From Candidatus Latescibacterota bacterium (lineage in GTDB: Bacteria > Latescibacterota > UBA2968 > GCA-2709665), in assembly GCA_965116875.1 (NCBI GenBank), contig OZ220733.1, positions 3,648,001-3,712,000 of the forward strand: 64,000 nt of DNA. Direction: 5' to 3'. The first letter of the stretch is position 1; the number at the start of each line of letters is the position of its first letter. Below are positions 45,247 through 55,392 of this stretch, piece after piece. The translations under genes were made by a program, and so were the position numbers. A model generated the notes under the pieces. The model was not told the origin of the DNA. It saw only the letters and a program-made list of their open reading frames with translations, and ran no database searches.

Positions 45247-46347
45247 CTATTTCCAGCGGGAGGGCGCCAGTGCGCCTGCGGCGCAGATGACGACGACATA
45301 CGGTACGGAAATCAGTTCAAGGAGTGGAAACAACCGGAGGATCTTCCGCGCGCTGAAACGGCGGGCGGCCCTGAACAGCAGCAGCCAGTCGGCGAGTACC
45401 TTCGCCGCAACCATCAGGCCGAAGGGGACGCGGAAGGCCGGGTACCGCCACGCGAGGAAAGGCGCAGCCGCGAGAGCCACGTGGAATATATAGATACACG
45501 CGGCCACAAGCAAGACTGAATATCCGTAATGGACCGCCTTCGACTGATAGCGAACCTGACGGCGGAACAGCCCGTCGGTATGGGGTTGCGAATCCACTCT
45601 GGCCTCCGGATTGAACCGGATGCGCCAGGTCGTCCGCCTGGCGATCCGCCGCATCAGCAGGACGTCGTCCCCGCCGCGAATATGACCGATCGGCCCGAAG
45701 CCGCCGGCATCGTGAAAGGCCGTCCTGCGGTAGGCCAGGTTCCGACCGGAACAGGTCAGGGGAAAACCCAGGCCCATGCTGCCCGCCGCAAGCGTGGAAA
45801 CCACGAGGCCCTGCAGGGCGAGCAGTCCGGAAAGCAGCCCTCTTCCCGGCAAGAGAGGGGCATATCCGGCGACCATGCCAACGTCGGGGTCGAATGCGCG
45901 GACCGTAGATGCGATCCAGTCGGAGGAGGGGATACAGTCGGCGTCGGTGGTGAGGATGATCTCCCCGGCGCCCGCGCGGATGCCCGCGTCCAGCGCGTTC
46001 TTTTTCGGGCAGGCGAGGGCGCCCTCGGTAACCCGCACGACCTTGAGTCCGGGAATCCGATCCGACCACGCGAGCGCCCGGCGTGCGGTATCGTCGGTTG
46101 AACGGTCGTCGACGACGATGACCTCGGTGCGTTCGGAGGGGTACGTCTGTTCGGCGAGAGCCGCGAGGCAGGTTTCGATGCGATGGACTTCGTTACGGGC
46201 GGCAATGACGACAGTGACGTCGTGGATTTCCGCGTTGCAACCCGAGGCCATGCGATTCAGGCCTCTATGGATGGCGCCTGCAACGATGACGTAGATCAGG
46301 CAGAGGAAGTATGAGTCGAATACCAGCGCTTCCATCGTGGAGGTCAT
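45247..46347 (-). CDS. Glycosyltransferase family 2 (membrane-bound)
   Basis: AARNE, DDRSTD, PKKNAL, TTDADC, GGDD; start moved to ATG 46347, which overlaps the upstream stop. Confidence 0.9.
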   Translation of the reverse strand: MTSTMEALVFDSYFLCLIYVIVAGAIHRGLNRMASGCNAEIHDVTVVIAARNEVHRIETCLAALAEQTYPSERTEVIVVDDRSTDDTARRALAWSDRIPGLKVVRVTEGALACPKKNALDAGIRAGAGEIILTTDADCIPSSDWIASTVRAFDPDVGMVAGYAPLLPGRGLLSGLLALQGLVVSTLAAGSMGLGFPLTCSGRNLAYRRTAFHDAGGFGPIGHIRGGDDVLLMRRIARRTTWRIRFNPEARVDSQPHTDGLFRRQVRYQSKAVHYGYSVLLVAACIYIFHVALAAAPFLAWRYPAFRVPFGLMVAAKVLADWLLLFRAARRFSARKILRLFPLLELISVPYVVVICAAGALAPSRWK

Positions 46348-47525
46348 CTGGCACAGGCGCGGCGGGCATCGCCGATACACTGCCTGATCCAGGCCAGATT
46401 GGCTTCGGGCATGATACCGTAATTGTAGAACGAAAAGCGGCGGACGCCCAGGTCCAGCGCGCGATCGACGCCCGCGCCGAGTGTCGCAGCGTCCGGAGAA
46501 GCGGGAGGATAGGCCTGGAGGCCCACCACGAGTTGCTGCGGGTTTCTCAGGTCGGGCACGATTCCGGAAATGGTCTCCCCGATCCGGCCGGCGTCCGGCG
46601 TGTAGGCGAGGGTTTCCGCGTAATCCGCGATTTCCGCGAGGCGCGAGCGGTCGATTGCAGCGTTGAACCGGTCGCCCATAAAGATGGTTGAAACAGGGAC
46701 CCCGGCGGCTGCCCTGACCTCTTCCAGCAGGCTTGAGACAACCTCGTCGCGCATCCGGACGAATGGCTCGAGCTGAGGCACGGTGGCGGTGAGCTCCTCG
46801 GGGGACTCTGCGGGCGGGATGCCGGATGCCAGAGTCTGGCGCAGTCTGGACGCGACGGCCCTTGAAAGGGCATCGGGATCCAGGCCTGTTTTTTGCGCCC
46901 GCGCCCGGCAGGCGTCGCAGAAGCAGAGGGAGAGCAGCATTCGGCCGCCCGGCCCCAGATCGACGCCGTGCTTGACGTGATAGTGGGTGTGTCCGAACCC
47001 GCCATACGAGAGGGATTCGCACTCGAGAAGGGCGATGCCGTAGTTCGCCGCAAGATCTCCGGCCAGCGCCGAGGCGAAGGCGCGTACCCCCGGGTTGGCC
47101 GGGCAGAGCCAGGATGTGCTGACGTCTCCCGTACAGGTGACTTCGGCGCACTCGGGGTGACGCCCCGCCTGAAATGAATTGTGGAGGAATACCGTCCAGG
47201 CGATGAGCTCGATTCCGGCCCCGGCCGCGGCATCGGCGGCGTCAGCGTACCAGTTGTCCCCGCCCATCAGCGGGCTGACGTGCGGTTTGATGGGTGTATC
47301 GGCATAGAGGCCCGGATCGGGCTGAAAATAGATGGCGGCCTGCGGGATCTGAAGAAGCACCTTTCCCGGCGAATGGGGGCGCAGCATCTCGAAGGTATGG
47401 TACGCCGATGCCACGCTGATGCCATCCAGACCGACGTCGTCCCGGAGCCGTTTTGCGATGGCCCGGGCGTCGCCGTCTGCCAGGTCCCACGGGTATGTCC
47501 AGAGGGTTGTGTGAAAGTCGGTCAC
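46344..47525 (-). CDS. Hypothetical protein, glycoside-hydrolase-like TIM barrel
   Basis: YPWD, ASAYH, AWTVFLHN, LCPANP, LCFCDAC, FYNYG; GTG start after GGAG. Confidence 0.65.
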   Translation of the reverse strand: MTDFHTTLWTYPWDLADGDARAIAKRLRDDVGLDGISVASAYHTFEMLRPHSPGKVLLQIPQAAIYFQPDPGLYADTPIKPHVSPLMGGDNWYADAADAAAGAGIELIAWTVFLHNSFQAGRHPECAEVTCTGDVSTSWLCPANPGVRAFASALAGDLAANYGIALLECESLSYGGFGHTHYHVKHGVDLGPGGRMLLSLCFCDACRARAQKTGLDPDALSRAVASRLRQTLASGIPPAESPEELTATVPQLEPFVRMRDEVVSSLLEEVRAAAGVPVSTIFMGDRFNAAIDRSRLAEIADYAETLAYTPDAGRIGETISGIVPDLRNPQQLVVGLQAYPPASPDAATLGAGVDRALDLGVRRFSFYNYGIMPEANLAWIRQCIGDARRACAR

Positions 47526-47586
47526 GATGGCTCCAGTTGCAGGTGGTATGCGACGGGGCGATCTGCTATCGATCCCTGATGCGTTG

Positions 47587-47615
47587 ATAGTACCCACTGT
47601 TTACGGCGATTGCAA
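47587..47615 (-). promoter_or_regulatory. Sigma70 promoter
   Basis: TTGCAA-N17-TACTAT. Confidence 0.6.
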
Positions 47616-47677
47616 GGGGTTTCAGAGCGACCACATTATGAAATCTCTCCCCTCTCCCGTCTTCCTTCTACCCGTTT

Positions 47678-48820
47678 CTATATGTATCCCGTCGAGCCAT
47701 CCGGCCGGACGGGCGCCGTTCGCTGCCAGTGAGGCGGGTCTGTATCCGCAAGCGCGTCTTCGTTCACCTCGATTCCCAATCCCGGGCGGTCCCTGAGTTC
47801 GAGGTATCCGTCCACCGGCAGGTACGGATCCGGGACGTACTCCATCCATTTGGAGCCGACGGGGATGACGTATTCGAGGATCTTGAAGTTGTGCGTCGCC
47901 GCGGCGAAGTGCACGTTGACCGCCGTGGCGATCGGTCCCATCGGATTGTGCGGCGCGATGGTGACGTAGTGGGCCTCGGCGATGGCCGCGATCTTTCGCA
48001 TCTCCAGAAGGCCCCCGCAGACGCAGACGTCGGGCTGAATGATGTCGGCGGCCCTGGCGGCGATGAGGTTCAGGAACTCGAAGCGCGCGTAGAGACATTC
48101 CCCCGTTGCCAGCGGTACCTGCATCTGCTGCCGCAACTGCTGCCAGGCGGGGATGTGTTCCGGCCTGAGGGGCTCTTCGTAGAACAGGGGGTCATAGGGC
48201 GCCAGCGCGTTGGCGAGCTGCAGGGCTCTGACGGGTTCGAAGATTTTCGCGTGTGGGTCGAATGCGAATTCCCAATCGTCGGGCGTGTGCTTTCGGAGGC
48301 TCTCGAAATACTCGCCGGCGGCCGCGCAGATCCGGCCCCATCGATTCGCGTCCGGATTCAGCAGGAAGGGGCTGGTCTTGAACGCCGTGAACCCCCATTG
48401 GTCATTCAGACGGTGCGCGCCTTCCGCCGCAGCCTCTCCGGTCGGTCCGCCGCAGCTCTGGTAGACCCGTACGCGGTCTCTCAGGTTGCCGCCCAGAAGC
48501 ATATATACGGGAACGTTCGCGGCTTTGCCGCTGATATCCCAAAGCGCGTGTTCAATGCCGGAAATCGCGGCGAGGCCGGTACCCCCCGCGGGGAAACGAA
48601 ACTGCTGATGAATCTTCATCATCAGATATTCGATGCGGCGGGGGTCTTCGCCGACAAGCCACGTGGCGACGTAGTCGACAATGGGCTCGATGGAGAGGTC
48701 CGGCCCGATGGAATAGGCTTCGCCCCATCCGGACAGGCCCTCGTCGGTTTCGACTTTCACAAGCGCCCTTGGACGGTTGCTGTACGTCACGAGAAAGGTC
48801 TTTACCGCGGTGATTTTCAT
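47678..48820 (-). CDS. Acid-sugar dehydratase (DgoD-like), mandelate racemase family
   Basis: GWGEA, ALWDISGK, DPH, EEP, TGE, QPD, APHNP, PGLGIE; AGGAG RBS. Confidence 0.88.
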   Translation of the reverse strand: MKITAVKTFLVTYSNRPRALVKVETDEGLSGWGEAYSIGPDLSIEPIVDYVATWLVGEDPRRIEYLMMKIHQQFRFPAGGTGLAAISGIEHALWDISGKAANVPVYMLLGGNLRDRVRVYQSCGGPTGEAAAEGAHRLNDQWGFTAFKTSPFLLNPDANRWGRICAAAGEYFESLRKHTPDDWEFAFDPHAKIFEPVRALQLANALAPYDPLFYEEPLRPEHIPAWQQLRQQMQVPLATGECLYARFEFLNLIAARAADIIQPDVCVCGGLLEMRKIAAIAEAHYVTIAPHNPMGPIATAVNVHFAAATHNFKILEYVIPVGSKWMEYVPDPYLPVDGYLELRDRPGLGIEVNEDALADTDPPHWQRTAPVRPDGSTGYI

Positions 48821-49077
48821 GGTGGCAACTCTCCTCTTTGCGTGGATTCGGCGCCGGAGTCTGATTCCGGATTGTACCGAAAGAGATCGCCAGGCGTACA
48901 TTCAAGCGCCTGGCAGAGAGATTCAATGGTGGCCAGGTCGATCCGCTTTGCCCGGTTGTTGTAGATGGCCGAGACGGTATTGGCCTGAAGCCCTGTCAGC
49001 GCGGCGATTTCGGAGATCCTGTACGGACGGTCCGGGCCCTTTTCGGCCATAAGTACGTGGAGTTGGAATCTCAGCAT
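48817..49077 (-). CDS. Cro/C1-type (HTH_26) transcriptional regulator
   Basis: ISEIAALTGLQANTVSAIYNNRAKRIDLATIESLCQALECTPGDL. Confidence 0.88.
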   Translation of the reverse strand: MLRFQLHVLMAEKGPDRPYRISEIAALTGLQANTVSAIYNNRAKRIDLATIESLCQALECTPGDLFRYNPESDSGAESTQRGELPP

Positions 49078-49351
49078 TTCTCTGAACGTGCTGGAGTCGA
49101 AGCCGCCAGACGGTTGTGCGTCAACCCGCGGTCGTGAGAAATATAAATTACGCGATAAATAATAAAATATATAGTTTTAAACGTAATTAGTTACTTGTTT
49201 TTTAAAAATGCAACGTGATGGAAAGTTGACGCCATTGGCGCCGGGTTGGAGATCCGGTTCACAGGTTGTTGGAATGGAACTTTCCCGGGAGGGGACCGAT
49301 CGCGTCCGTTTTCCCGCAAAGACGGCGTTTTTCCGCATCGGTCGGGATCCC

Positions 49352-49852
49352 TCAGTCTTTGAAGGTGAGCGAGATGCCGGCCTTGGCTGCGTACTTGTTC
49401 TCCGTGCCTTCGGCCACCCCCCGGTCCAGGGTGGTTTCCGCAAAAAACCGAAACGGTCCAAGCATCTTCAGGTTGATCCCCGCCACGGCGGTTAGAAGCA
49501 CCTTGCTGGCCGACCCGTCGATGAGTTCGGCATCCGATTCTTCCTTCGTGTATATAAAACCGCTTCCAGCCCCGCCATAAATCCGGAGGTTGTCCCCCAG
49601 ACTGAACTTGTAGAGTCCCCGGATGGAAACGGGCACGGTAATCGCACCGGATTTCTCGTAGTACTCTCCGGCCAGCATCACCCCCGCCGGTTTGCTTCCG
49701 AACGGCAGAATGATGGACCCGTGCCAGCCGGGTTCCTTGTCTTCGACGTAGAGTCCGCCCCCTGCGCGTATGGCGATCTGTGCCTGCGTCTCCGTGGAGG
49801 CCGCGCACATAAGGCAGAACGTGGTCAACGCGGGGGCGAGGTATCTGATCAT
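49352..49852 (-). CDS. Small outer-membrane beta-barrel-like protein
   Basis: Signal peptide ending TQA-Q; amphipathic strands (IYGGAGSGF); C-terminal AGISLTF. Confidence 0.65.
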   Translation of the reverse strand: MIRYLAPALTTFCLMCAASTETQAQIAIRAGGGLYVEDKEPGWHGSIILPFGSKPAGVMLAGEYYEKSGAITVPVSIRGLYKFSLGDNLRIYGGAGSGFIYTKEESDAELIDGSASKVLLTAVAGINLKMLGPFRFFAETTLDRGVAEGTENKYAAKAGISLTFKD

Positions 49853-49901
49853 CGTTGGAGTCTCCTTTCGCGGTAAGTTCGATCTGATCCGGTCCTCGAC
49901 T

Positions 49902-50264
49902 TCAATATCGGTAAGCAATTCCCATTCGGCGGGCAGCCGCACGCAGGTTTCCTTCTGAAGTCCAAAGCGGCAGGTCGGACAGCCGGGCCGACGCCATCAG
50001 GTGCGCGTCGATCAGGCCGACTCCGGAGGCGGACAGCCGGTGATGATCGATGAAATGAAGGACTTCCCGGTCGCTGGCCATGGAGACCTGCGGCAGGGTC
50101 TGCAGCAGCGTGAGGAATTCCGTTCGGTTGTTCAGGGTCCCGCACGCGAGTTCTCCAACGATCAGCGGATGGCACGCAACCCTCGCATTGCGCAGGAGCG
50201 ATTTCAGCCGTCCGTTCCCCGATCGAAGGAACGAGACCCAGATTGGCGTATCGACAAGAACCAT
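49902..50264 (-). CDS. vapC: VapC PIN-domain toxin
   Basis: MVLVDTPIW, GELACG, GLIDAHL, LWT. Confidence 0.88.
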   Translation of the reverse strand: MVLVDTPIWVSFLRSGNGRLKSLLRNARVACHPLIVGELACGTLNNRTEFLTLLQTLPQVSMASDREVLHFIDHHRLSASGVGLIDAHLMASARLSDLPLWTSEGNLRAAARRMGIAYRY

Positions 50265-50266
50265 GG

Positions 50267-50464
50267 CTATGGTTTACAGGGACGTCGCCGCGGGACCGGC
50301 AACAGGCTTTCCTCCGAACCTTCGAGCTCCGCCAGCCGCCTGCTGCTCTCGCGGGCGATCAGGGCTTCGAGGCCAAGCCTGACCAGGGCGGTTTTCTGTT
50401 TGATACCGGTTAACGTAGATGCACGTTTCAACAGGTCGCCGTCGATATTCAGCGTCGTTCTCAT
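50267..50464 (-). CDS. vapB: VapB antitoxin
   Basis: MRTTLNIDGDLL...KTALVRLGLEALIARE. Confidence 0.9.
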   Translation of the reverse strand: MRTTLNIDGDLLKRASTLTGIKQKTALVRLGLEALIARESSRRLAELEGSEESLLPVPRRRPCKP

Positions 50465-50469
50465 ATGCT

Positions 50470-50500
50470 ATAATATGCATAATTTATACATATAAGTCAA
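50470..50500 (-). promoter_or_regulatory. vapBC promoter/operator, likely leaderless transcript
   Basis: TTGACT-N17-CATATT about 7 bp before ATG; imperfect palindrome ATATGCATAATTTATACATAT. Confidence 0.6.
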
Positions 50501-50744
50501 TGGCAATCAGATGCGGTGAAACATCATATCGATGAATCGAAAACAGGATGGACGCCACGATGAAACTTGCGTGAGGTACGGACCGGCGGTATGTTATGCA
50601 TGGGCGAACGGCCGGTCTTTCCTCCCTCTTTCCTTTAGGAGAGAGGGCCGGGGAGAGAGGTCTGGGCGGAGGGGAGAGGTGGATTTTGATCCTGGTTTTC
50701 GTTTTAAGCTGACAGCCGACGACTGATCGCTTATGTGCTGAACA

Positions 50745-51185
50745 ATGACTGAGAAATTCAAACTGATTCCCGAAGCCCACGTCTTCCTCATGAACGGTAA
50801 CGACGAAGTGTTGTTACTGAGACGATTCAATACCGGGTTTGAAGACGGGAAGTACAGCGTGATTGCCGGGCATATCGACGGAAACGAGGAGGTCCGGGCT
50901 GCCGCGATCAGGGAAGCGCGTGAAGAGGCGGGAATCGAGATCAGGCCGGCCGACATCGAGGTGGTGGGGGTGATGCACCGGAAGAGCGAGGACGAACGCG
51001 TGGGTTTTTTTCTCGCGGCATCCAGGTGGCATGGCGACGTCGTTAACGCCGAGCCGCACAGATGCGACGACCTGTCATGGCATTCGGTCCGCAATCTCCC
51101 GTCCAATATGGTGCCATACGTCAGGCGGGCGCTGGATAACTATCTGAACGGAAGGTTCTACGACAGCTTCGGCTGGGAAGAATAG
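50745..51185 (+). CDS. NUDIX hydrolase
   Basis: Nudix box GHIDGNEEVRAAAIREAREEAGI. Confidence 0.92.
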   Translation: MTEKFKLIPEAHVFLMNGNDEVLLLRRFNTGFEDGKYSVIAGHIDGNEEVRAAAIREAREEAGIEIRPADIEVVGVMHRKSEDERVGFFLAASRWHGDVVNAEPHRCDDLSWHSVRNLPSNMVPYVRRALDNYLNGRFYDSFGWEE

Positions 51186-51272
51186 CAGGGCCTTCCAGTC
51201 GGCCGCCTCGCGGTGCAGGCCCGGCGGAACATACCGAAGCCCCGACCTGCGCGAGAAAGGACATCAAGTACC

Positions 51273-51722
51273 ATGGACGACAGGACAATCGATCTCACGG
51301 TCTCGATACCCCCTCAATTCCGGGTCCTTCTGGTCACCCTTGGCGTTGTCCACGTCATAGGCGGCGCTCTTTTTCTGAGCGGCGGGCATGGTTTCTTCGG
51401 TATCCTGAATCTGGTCCTGGGCCCCTCATGGCTCTCGTGGGGTCTGTTCTACAACCGAATCAACAGGTATGCCATCGCCATTGATGACGAGCATATCGAA
51501 ATCGCCCGGGGCCTTTTCCGCCGGCGCAGAATCCCCTGGTCGTCGATATCGGAAATCCGCTTCGAGTCGACGCGGATGGACATCCTGGTAAACGGGGAAA
51601 AGATCGCCACGGTGAATTTCCGGGAAATCAGCTCTGGCGGGAGCCGGCTGCTCAGAGACGAAATGGTCACAAGACTCAGCCCTGTCGCCGAGGCGAACGG
51701 GGTGTCGATTGTTGGCGTATAG
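51273..51722 (+). CDS. Hypothetical membrane protein (2 TM plus PH-like domain)
   Basis: Two TM helices, then RRRIPWSSISEI. Confidence 0.6.
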   Translation: MDDRTIDLTVSIPPQFRVLLVTLGVVHVIGGALFLSGGHGFFGILNLVLGPSWLSWGLFYNRINRYAIAIDDEHIEIARGLFRRRRIPWSSISEIRFESTRMDILVNGEKIATVNFREISSGGSRLLRDEMVTRLSPVAEANGVSIVGV

Positions 51723-51841
51723 CCGACCTGCAAGCATCGATCGAGTCGTTTCCGTTCGATTTGCAGAAGACCAGAGTCAATTGGGGAACGGAACCTCGGT
51801 GCGAATCGTGCAAGGGTGAATAGCCAGTTCGAGGCGTGAAG

Positions 51842-52585
51842 ATGAGAGATTCTTCGGAAGGGAACTTCAGCTATTTCGCGGAAATCGCGGCATCGTACGA
51901 TCGGGTCCAATCGGTCCTGAGTCCTCCCTATCAGAGAGGGCTCGAGATGATCGTCGAGCTGATCCCGTTCGATCCGGACGACCCGTTCGCGTTCGTGGAT
52001 CTGGGCTGCGGAACGGCGGAACCCTCGGCGCGGGTGCTGGAACGCTTTGGCCGCGCGACCGGCGCCTGTATCGACAACGAACCGGAGATGCTCCGGATCG
52101 CGAAACGGAAGCTGGCGCAGTATTCAGGTCGGATCGAGGTTCGGGAAGCCGACATCACTGATTGCGCCATCCCGCCGTGCGACCTGGTTTTCTCAGCCAA
52201 GACCTTTCACCACGTGCATCCGGATCGTCTGCCTTCGCTTATTGCGAGAATCGCGAGCGCGCTGCGGCCCGGCGGTTGTTTCATCCTTTACGATACGATG
52301 TCGATCGGGCCCGGATGGTCAGCCGCGTTCCGGCAGCAGGCTTCGCGGTTCCGCGAGCGCCACGTTCAGCGCGCGATCGATTCGGGGAGGGTGACCCGGG
52401 AGGAAATCGACGCCCGGCGGGAGTACAAGCGGAGGATGAAGGCGACGGGGAAGGACATTGAGTACGAGCACCGCGCGGAAGACCTCATCCGCACGATGAC
52501 GGGGGCGGGGTTCGAGGAAGCCACTGTGGCCTGGCGGTTATTCGCCGACACGATTCTGCTGGCGTTTTTGCAGGCGGGCGAATAA
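51842..52585 (+). CDS. Class I SAM-dependent methyltransferase
   Basis: VDLGCGT, FHHV, LRPGG. Confidence 0.88.
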   Translation: MRDSSEGNFSYFAEIAASYDRVQSVLSPPYQRGLEMIVELIPFDPDDPFAFVDLGCGTAEPSARVLERFGRATGACIDNEPEMLRIAKRKLAQYSGRIEVREADITDCAIPPCDLVFSAKTFHHVHPDRLPSLIARIASALRPGGCFILYDTMSIGPGWSAAFRQQASRFRERHVQRAIDSGRVTREEIDARREYKRRMKATGKDIEYEHRAEDLIRTMTGAGFEEATVAWRLFADTILLAFLQAGE

Positions 52586-52651
52586 TGACACGAGAACGAG
52601 CAAAACAACGACTCGAAGGATTTACTCGAATTTGTCCTTGAGGTCTGCCGA

Positions 52652-53101
52652 TCACTCTTCCGCGAGACGTAACGCTTCTTTTTTTAAATTCTTGCTGAAA
52701 TAAAACCCGACATTCTCAAGGCTTGTCAGCAAAGGTCTAATGGACGAAACGATCCCTCTCTGCTTTGCGAGAACCAGTACTCCGACCGTTCCGACAACGT
52801 CGAGCCCGTACTGCCTGGCAACTCTTCTGGCGCGGAGGTCATCCGTGACTATTCGGCAATTGTATTCTCGAGCGAGTGCAATAGCCTCTGCTTCACCATC
52901 GTCGACGATCGTCTTCAAAGTTGTCGCTAATGACGGATCGGATAGTCGCGTTACTTTCAGCCAGGGGACTGAGATTCCGAATTCCCGTTGCACAGCCGGC
53001 GGAATTATTATGGTCCGATACAGCGCTGATAGGATTTCGACGATTCCGATGCGTTCGAGCGCAATCAGGCATGTGCTATCGGACACGATGCGCTCGCTCA
53101 C
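52652..53101 (-). CDS. DUF3368 PIN-like protein (putative toxin)
   Basis: IVSDSTCLI, PPAVQRE, GEAEAIALA, DDLRAR, GTVGVL. Confidence 0.88.
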   Translation of the reverse strand: MSERIVSDSTCLIALERIGIVEILSALYRTIIIPPAVQREFGISVPWLKVTRLSDPSLATTLKTIVDDGEAEAIALAREYNCRIVTDDLRARRVARQYGLDVVGTVGVLVLAKQRGIVSSIRPLLTSLENVGFYFSKNLKKEALRLAEE

Positions 53102-53322
53102 TCGCCGACTTCCTCACGCAACTCCTCAGGAGAATAATTAAAGATTGGTACCTGTTGTTGGCCAAGCAGATCCATGAACTCGCGTTTGGAGCGGCCGGCA
53201 GTTCTAGCTGCCTGTCCGAGTGACACCTTACCAGTTTCATAGAGCTTGATAGCAAGGAGCATCTTCGCCTCTTCTCGAGATAGTCCGGAAGGAAGCTCGA
53301 CTCTCAAATCAGTTGCGACCAT
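53098..53322 (-). CDS. UPF0175 family protein (putative antitoxin)
   Basis: LAIKLYETGKVSLGQAARTAG; GTGA overlap with the DUF3368 gene. Confidence 0.88.
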   Translation of the reverse strand: MVATDLRVELPSGLSREEAKMLLAIKLYETGKVSLGQAARTAGRSKREFMDLLGQQQVPIFNYSPEELREEVGE

Positions 53323-53395
53323 AGTAGGTGTCCCCGGCAGCAAGTAATCGGTAAGTATTGGTGTATCAATCAGACCAGGTGCACACTCCAGGTGA

Positions 53396-53423
53396 AATAT
53401 AAACCAATCCCACCTAAAGTCAA
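53396..53423 (-). promoter_or_regulatory. Sigma70 promoter for UPF0175-DUF3368
   Basis: TTGACT-N16-TATATT. Confidence 0.5.
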
Positions 53424-53631
53424 AAGCCTTGGCCGTCGAAGAACAGATCGATGTTCCTACGCGACGAATTTCAGTTGAGGAAAAGGTCACGAGCACCATT
53501 GACAGATCAGGTGTGCGCGCAAGACGTCCTATTGTGATAATCAAGGATCGAGCTACGGCGATTTCAGCCAATGGTTGGTGAAGGGCGCGGTTGTTGATTG
53601 GAAGTCCTGGTTAACACGCAAGCAATCCCTG

Positions 53632-53930
53632 CTATTGCGATCCGGCGCTGACAACGGGTTGCGTCGACTCGTGCGAGCAGAGGACGACCAGCAGATTGCT
53701 GACCATGTTCGCCCTCTGTGCTTCGTTCAACTTGATCACCTCGTCGTCCATCAGTCGCTTCAGGGCCATCTCCACCATGCCGACGGCGCCGTCGACGATC
53801 TTCGCCCTCGCTGAAATGACCGCCTCGGCCTGCTGGCGCTGCAGCATGGCGTTGGCGATTTCCGGTGCGTAGGCCAGGTGGTTGATTCGCGCCTCGTCGA
53901 TCTCCACACCGGCTTTCTGAACGGTGAGCA
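53632..53930 (-). pseudogene. 3' fragment of an SPFH/band-7 protein gene
   Basis: [29 protein letters not shown]...[10 protein letters not shown] is a typical SPFH C-terminus; the N-terminal part is missing. Confidence 0.75.
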
Positions 53931-53941
53931 TGGGAACCACG

Positions 53942-55168
53942 ATGTCTGAAGTCGTCTCGCTTGTTGATCGGATCGAAGCGGTCCCCGTTGTCGCAACGGG
54001 CGTACGATGGTCGGCGATGCGCGAAGGAAGGGCGTCCGACGACTATTTCGCTCGTTTTCCCGAGTGCAGGACCGACCCGCTGAGGAACGACTACGGCAAC
54101 GCGCGCGCCTTCCCGGAACCGTTCGCGAGGGGCGGCGGGCTCTTTCCCGTACTTCTGAAGATGGCGGACGGGACGCTTTGCTGCGCAACGCGGACCGGTT
54201 CACGTCACGCCGGAAGCGGGGGCGAAATCAGCCTTTCGTTCTCCTTGGATCGTGGCGAGAACTGGACGGACTATCGCACGGCAGTTCGGGGAGATCCGGA
54301 TGGAGATATCGACGTGCGGAACCCGGCGCTCGGCCAGGCGGCCGACGGCGACCTCATTCTGGCCTACGGGGTGATGCGCGGGATCGACGTCCGGGGACGC
54401 ATATCGACGTCCGATCCCTATGAATCGATCCAGGTGATCCGTTCGGCCGATGGCGGGGCGACGTGGTCCGATCCCGGGACAGTCCCGTTCCCCGAAGAGG
54501 ATCTCCTGCTCCACCCTCATGGACAGATGCGATGTCTTTCGGACGGGACCCTGGTATTCAACGCGCGGGGGTTCTACACGAAAAAGGCTTACAACGAAAG
54601 ACCGGGCCTTCCGGCGAGGATGAGCTACCTCTACCGGTCGCGTGACGGCGGAAGGACCTGGTCGGAGACAACCCTCGTCAAATCAGGCGGGAGCGAGACA
54701 GGATTCCTGGCCCTGAACGAAGCACACTGGCTCGCGTACGTCCGATTCAACGACGGACCGAATCGGATCGCCCACTCGGTTGACGGCGGGAAGTCCTGGT
54801 CGCGGTGGGAGACGTCCGAACCGGAATCCGAAGAACACGGCGCACGGACGAAAGGTAAGTCATGGGCCGCCTCGCCGGGCAGTATCGCCACGTTGCCGAA
54901 CGGCAATGTGCTGATCACGTACGGGTACCGCGCGTATCCCTTCGGCGTGCGCGCCATTGTAAGCCGAGATGGCGGCAACACCTTCGACGCGAATCGGGAG
55001 TACATCATCAGCGACACGGCCTACCATCCGGACTGCGGGTATCCGAGTACCGTGTGCTTCGAGGACGGTACCATCGTAACGGCCGCGTATTCGCTGATGG
55101 ACGTCGCGCATCCGGAGTGGGGCACGTGCTGCATCGCCTACCGGTATCCGCAGAAGAACTTCGACTGA
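53942..55168 (+). CDS. Sialidase-family (BNR/Asp-box) protein
   Basis: Five Asp boxes ([40 protein letters not shown]) and DCGYPS. Confidence 0.85.
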   Translation: MSEVVSLVDRIEAVPVVATGVRWSAMREGRASDDYFARFPECRTDPLRNDYGNARAFPEPFARGGGLFPVLLKMADGTLCCATRTGSRHAGSGGEISLSFSLDRGENWTDYRTAVRGDPDGDIDVRNPALGQAADGDLILAYGVMRGIDVRGRISTSDPYESIQVIRSADGGATWSDPGTVPFPEEDLLLHPHGQMRCLSDGTLVFNARGFYTKKAYNERPGLPARMSYLYRSRDGGRTWSETTLVKSGGSETGFLALNEAHWLAYVRFNDGPNRIAHSVDGGKSWSRWETSEPESEEHGARTKGKSWAASPGSIATLPNGNVLITYGYRAYPFGVRAIVSRDGGNTFDANREYIISDTAYHPDCGYPSTVCFEDGTIVTAAYSLMDVAHPEWGTCCIAYRYPQKNFD

Positions 55169-55392
55169 AGCGGTGAGACGGTAGAGGTGAGACGGTAGAA
55201 GAAGCCCTTGCCCGCCTATTCTTCCGACTTGCCTGCGGCATAAAAAGAATCCCGTTTCGGCACCCGATCTCTCCCGTCTTCCTTCTCACCAGGTGGTGAG
55301 GCGGGATGTGTTCCTCTCCCCGCTTCTGAGGGGCCGGGGAGAGGTTACGGCACCGTCAGTTCGTCTGTTGGACCATTCCAGGAGCCGATTTC

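Noticed and set aside
46348-47151. Apparent 268-aa N-terminal fusion on the GT2
   Set aside because: Out-of-frame overlap with the upstream TIM-barrel gene.
50620-50682. CCCTCT...GAGAGGG purine-rich palindromes (also 55312-55345)
   Set aside because: Too degenerate to delimit; probably remnants of another REP-like family.
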